Origin: a virus
Lineage: Duplodnaviria > Heunggongvirae > Uroviricota > Caudoviricetes
DNA length: 8,865 nucleotides
Direction: 5' to 3' (one strand)
Virus record (IMG/VR): IMGVR_UViG_2740892214_000003
This document shows positions 6,625-8,865 of this stretch, one piece after another. A model generated the notes under the pieces. The model did not search any database. It saw nothing but the letters and a program-made list of their open reading frames with translations, and was not told the origin of the DNA. The position numbers and the translations under genes are program-made. The stretch's first letter is position 1. Each line of letters starts with the position of its first letter.

Positions 6625-7199
6625 GCGTTAGTTTCTCCACAGACACAAAACGCCACGACGCCCGGAGCTGCACACTCGCGGGCGTTACTCTTTTCCGGCG
6701 CACAAAAAACACGAAATAACAGTGTTAAATGCTCCTGCCACTTCGCCATTACTTGGTAGCTGTTCTCTTCGATTTGCTCACGCTCAGCCTGGTCAATAAC
6801 TCCATCAGCAGTTGCCTTGCGTAAGTACTGGGAATGCTTGCCAATCCATTCTATTGACTCCATCAGCCGCTGATTAATGTCACCATTGTCAATGTCATCA
6901 ATGACCACCAGCGGCACAAACACCCCATTACTACGACGGGCTATTGCATCTGTTATATGCCTGGTACCACTGGCATCCTGTAAAACCATGGCCCACTCAA
7001 GTGGAAAAATTTGATCCCCACCGCTACGCAGTCTGTTATGCAATTGATCTTTTGCTGGGGTGATATCATCAGATTTATACAAACCAAGAATTTCTGCTGC
7101 TTCCTCATAGCCATGAGGTAAATCAGCAATCGTTCTTCGTATTGCTGCCACCAGCCATGCTGGTTGTTTATCAACTTTCCATTCAGGTTCTTTACCCAC
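6621..7199 (-). CDS. CII-like regulatory protein (possibly CP76/YdaT family)
   Basis: 192-codon ORF immediately downstream of cro, the position of cII. Apparent GTG start at 7197-7199 with a GAGGA 7 nt upstream on the minus strand. The family assignment rests on position and a loose resemblance recalled from memory. Confidence 0.5.
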   Translation of the reverse strand: MGKEPEWKVDKQPAWLVAAIRRTIADLPHGYEEAAEILGLYKSDDITPAKDQLHNRLRSGGDQIFPLEWAMVLQDASGTRHITDAIARRSNGVFVPLVVIDDIDNGDINQRLMESIEWIGKHSQYLRKATADGVIDQAEREQIEENSYQVMAKWQEHLTLLFRVFCAPEKSNARECAAPGVVAFCVCGETNA

Positions 7200-7226
7200 G
7201 GTTAATTCCTCATTTCTGTGGTGTTT

Positions 7227-7424
7227 TTATGCCGCAGCACTGTTAGTCTTTTGATATAAAGACACGTCAACTTTCAGTTTTCCGTTAGTAATTTTTTCTA
7301 ACTGGTACGCTCGGCCTTCAGGAATAATCTCAGGCCACTCTGAAACAGACGGATGCTTAATACCTAGGGCTTCGGCGGTTTTACAAACTCCGCCGAAATA
7401 ATTAATCACGTCGGATTTCCGCAT
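7227..7424 (-). CDS. cro: Cro-type repressor (P22 Cro-like)
   Basis: MRKSDVINYFGGVCKTAEALGIKHPSVSEWPEIIPEGRAYQLEKITNGKLK parallels P22 Cro (MYKKDVIDHFGTQRAVAKALGISDAAVSQWKEVIPEKDAYRLEIVTAGALK). ATG at 7422-7424 with GGGAGA upstream; divergent from the repressor gene. Confidence 0.85.
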   Translation of the reverse strand: MRKSDVINYFGGVCKTAEALGIKHPSVSEWPEIIPEGRAYQLEKITNGKLKVDVSLYQKTNSAAA

Positions 7425-7456
7425 TTCTGTCTCCCGTTAAATTACGTTAAGCAGAA

Positions 7457-7474
7457 ATGTAGGATATCCAACAT
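7457..7474. promoter_or_regulatory. Operator (18-bp palindrome ATGTAGGATATCCAACAT) in the cro-proximal position
   Basis: Near-perfect inverted repeat; it is the exact reverse complement of the site at 8271-8288. Confidence 0.75.
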
Positions 7475-7485
7475 GCCAATGTCAA
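7457..7485 (-). promoter_or_regulatory. PR-like promoter for cro: TTGACA, 17-bp spacer, CTACAT (read on the minus strand)
   Basis: Minus-strand TTGACA (plus 7480-7485) and CTACAT (plus 7457-7462) with a 17-bp spacer. The same 35-bp module recurs at 8260-8289. Confidence 0.6.
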
Positions 7486-7496
7486 GAATCCTACAT
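7479..7496. promoter_or_regulatory. Degenerate operator (ATGTCAAGAATCCTACAT) with one good half-site
   Basis: The right half ATCCTACAT is a perfect half-site and the left half is poor. It lies inside the 9-bp inverted repeat TGCCAATGT...ACATTGGCA (7475-7500). Confidence 0.45.
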
Positions 7497-7503
7497 TGGC
7501 ATG

Positions 7504-7521
7504 TGGTAGGATTGCCTACAT
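7504..7521. promoter_or_regulatory. Degenerate operator (TGGTAGGATTGCCTACAT) overlapping the repressor start codon
   Basis: Matches 7 of 9 and 8 of 9 positions of the operator half-sites; sits in the position of an OR3-like site. Confidence 0.45.
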
Positions 7522-8173
7522 GATGAACATGAGTGATCGTATTCGCCAAAGGCGAAAAGAACTGAACCTGACACAACAAGCACTGGCTGATTTGACTGGT
7601 GTGAACCGTGTCACGGTTACTGGATGGGAAAAGGACGACTACCAACCAAATGGAGCCAACCTTCAAGCCCTAGCCAACGCACTTAAATGCGATCCTCTGT
7701 GGCTTGTTAGCGGAAAAGGCTCGCCTGAACCAAAGATAAATCTAAAACCTGAAATATTCGCAGTTAAAAAAGTCCCCCTCATCTCGTGGGTTCAGGCGGG
7801 TTCATGGACAATGACGGAGCCTGGTGTCAGGAAAGAAGATGCTGAAGAGTGGGTTTATACTACCGCCCTTGTATCAGAAATGGCATTTGCACTACGGGTC
7901 CGTGGTGATTCAATGACCAATCCCCTCGGCTCACCATCGATACCAGAAGGTTCTATCGTTATCGTAGAGCCAGATATTATTGATACAGAGTGTATTAACG
8001 GAAAAATCGTTGTTGCCCATATCAATGGTGGGCAAGAAGCGACACTCAAAAAATTTGTTGAGGACTGGCCGAACAGGTATCTCGTCCCACTAAATCCTAA
8101 CTATAAAACTATTGAATGCGGTGAGAACTGCAGAATAGTTGGTCTTGTCAAACAAGTAATAATGGATTTTTGA
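7520..8173 (+). CDS. cI: CI-type phage repressor: N-terminal HTH plus C-terminal S24 (LexA-like) autopeptidase
   Basis: The HTH region (LTQQALADLTGVNRVTVTGWEKD), an Ala-Gly site (VQAGSW), the catalytic Ser in GDSM and Lys in TLKKF are all present. The track start at 7496 is a TTG; the first ATG at 7520 sits under a degenerate operator and has a weak AGGA 8 nt upstream. Confidence 0.85.
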   Translation: MMNMSDRIRQRRKELNLTQQALADLTGVNRVTVTGWEKDDYQPNGANLQALANALKCDPLWLVSGKGSPEPKINLKPEIFAVKKVPLISWVQAGSWTMTEPGVRKEDAEEWVYTTALVSEMAFALRVRGDSMTNPLGSPSIPEGSIVIVEPDIIDTECINGKIVVAHINGGQEATLKKFVEDWPNRYLVPLNPNYKTIECGENCRIVGLVKQVIMDF

Positions 8174-8193
8174 CACATCTTCCTCACTATCGC

Positions 8194-8220
8194 AAAACCG
8201 GGGTATCCCCGGTTTTTTTA
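8194..8220 (+). terminator. Rho-independent terminator after the repressor gene
   Basis: aaaaCCGGGG-tatc-CCCCGGttttttt: GC stem, 4-nt loop and a run of 7 T, 21 nt after the repressor stop. An A-tract upstream means it could act in both directions. Confidence 0.8.
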
Positions 8221-8235
8221 TGAGCCTATCTTTTT

Positions 8236-8253
8236 ATGTAGGATAACCAACAT
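8236..8253. promoter_or_regulatory. Operator (ATGTAGGATAACCAACAT), OL-like distal site
   Basis: 18-bp near-palindrome matching the operator consensus ATGTWGGATATCCWACAT. Confidence 0.7.
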
Positions 8254-8259
8254 AAACTC

Positions 8260-8289
8260 TTGACACTTACATGTTGGATATCCTACATT
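8260..8289 (+). promoter_or_regulatory. PL-like promoter (TTGACA, 17-bp spacer, CTACAT/TACATT) for the operon to the right of the repressor
   Basis: Consensus -35 at 8260-8265 and a -10-like hexamer at 8283-8289, with an operator embedded; near-identical to the cro promoter module. Confidence 0.6.
8271..8288. promoter_or_regulatory. Operator (ATGTTGGATATCCTACAT) overlapping the spacer and -10 of the rightward promoter
   Basis: Perfect 18-bp palindrome of the same family. Confidence 0.75.
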
Positions 8290-8448
8290 TGTTTTTAGAG
8301 TTGTGGTGAATGCGCAGGCTGATGCGCGAAAGACATTGCAGCTATTGCGGAAAAGAGCTGTTCGGCGGGGCAATTAAACGCCCGTGAGAGTCTGAAATAA
8401 CCGCAAGCCGGAGATCAGCACCGGTCACCACAACAGCCACTGCTTTGG

Positions 8449-8495
8449 CGGTACCAGTTTGTACACTTGCTTCCGGCTGGTACCGCTCTTTTTAC
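8449..8495 (+). terminator. Terminator-like hairpin in the PL leader (10-bp GC-rich stem, 19-nt loop, TCTTTTT tail)
   Basis: GCGGTACCAG (8449-8458) pairs perfectly with CTGGTACCGC (8478-8487) and is followed by tcttttt. The large loop makes the function uncertain; it could be a terminator, an attenuator or a structured RNA element. Confidence 0.45.
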
Positions 8496-8630
8496 AAAAC
8501 AGAGAAGAGCATCACCGGACGACGGGCTCATAACCCAATCCATCCGGGCGGCTGCCACCGCAGGTGTTCTTCTCTGTTTTGTGGAGAAACCAACCGACCT
8601 TGCAGGGTCGATATGATGAGGAGCAGCAAA

Positions 8631-8865
8631 ATGGCTAGCGAACGCAGTACTGATGTGCAGGCATTTATCGGGGAGTTGGACGGCGGCGTATTTGAAACCA
8701 AAATCGGCGCAGTTCTCAGTGAAGTCGCTTCAGGTGTGATGAACACGAAAACCAAAGGTAAGGTCTCACTCAACCTGGAAATCGAACCATTTGATGAGAA
8801 CCGTGTGAAAATCAAACACAAACTCTCATATGTTCGCCCGACTAACCGCGGGAAAATTTCTGAAG
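8631..8865 (+). CDS. Hypothetical protein, 5' part only (runs off the window end)
   Basis: ATG at 8631 preceded by GAGGAG 7 nt upstream. The frame is open to the window end (MASERSTDVQAFIGELDGGVFETKIGAVLSEVASGVMNTKTKGKVSLNLEIEPFDENRVKIKHKLSYVRPTNRGKISE...). It is not arginine-rich, so not an N-like antiterminator. Confidence 0.55.
   Translation, partial: MASERSTDVQAFIGELDGGVFETKIGAVLSEVASGVMNTKTKGKVSLNLEIEPFDENRVKIKHKLSYVRPTNRGKISE

Noticed and set aside
6953-7174. Minus-strand ORF 6953-7174 in another frame
   Set aside because: It is nested inside the CII-like ORF with no independent start signal.
7425-7456. Searched for nutR-like boxA/boxB downstream of cro and for an N gene
   Set aside because: There are only 27 nt between cro and the next gene and no GNRA-loop boxB hairpin. 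The ORF at 8631 is not arginine-rich, so no N-type antitermination system can be supported.
7442-7666. Minus-strand ORF 7442-7666
   Set aside because: It begins inside the operator/promoter region and runs antisense through the repressor HTH-coding region; not plausible.
7855-8049. Minus-strand ORF 7855-8049
   Set aside because: It is antisense to the repressor S24 peptidase domain.
8528-8821. Minus-strand ORF 8528-8821
   Set aside because: It is antisense to the well-supported plus-strand gene starting at 8631 (GAGGAG-N7-ATG) and to the leader hairpins.
1-8865. Searched for SOS boxes (CTGT-N8-ACAG), CRISPR repeats, tRNA-like sequence and integrase or att sites
   Set aside because: None was found by eye. 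The nearest SOS-like string, CTGTACATCTCGCAGA (about 4444-4459), lacks the ACAG half-site.

Overview
This window reads as the immunity, replication, nin-like and Q segment of a lambdoid enterobacterial prophage with P22-like immunity; all protein-family calls are from motif recognition by eye, since no search could be run. The minus strand carries one long, tightly coupled gene train (4-bp ATGA-type overlaps between most neighbours): Cro (7227-7424), a CII/YdaT-like protein (6621-7199), a 387-aa ORF with an unrecognised N-terminal half fused to a Rha domain (5461-6624), a 74-aa ORF (5240-5464), an O-like replication initiator with iterons inside its coding sequence (4251-5243), a PerC-like protein (3760-4248), a Dam-type N6-adenine methyltransferase (3107-3760), a LexA DNA-binding-domain-only protein (2784-3110), RusA (2398-2787), a KilA-N protein interrupted by a 208-nt run of N (1548-2378), a DUF968/YdfU-like protein (551-1546) and antiterminator Q (162-533). 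The plus strand carries a CI-type S24 repressor (7520-8173) divergent from cro, an intrinsic terminator, a second operator/promoter module, a structured leader of about 340 nt and the start of a further gene (8631 onward). No N gene, nut site, helicase loader, integrase, tRNA or CRISPR array is visible. The most unusual content is the two-gene insert between the CII-like gene and the O-like gene, the LexA-DBD-only protein, and the structured leader after the rightward promoter.
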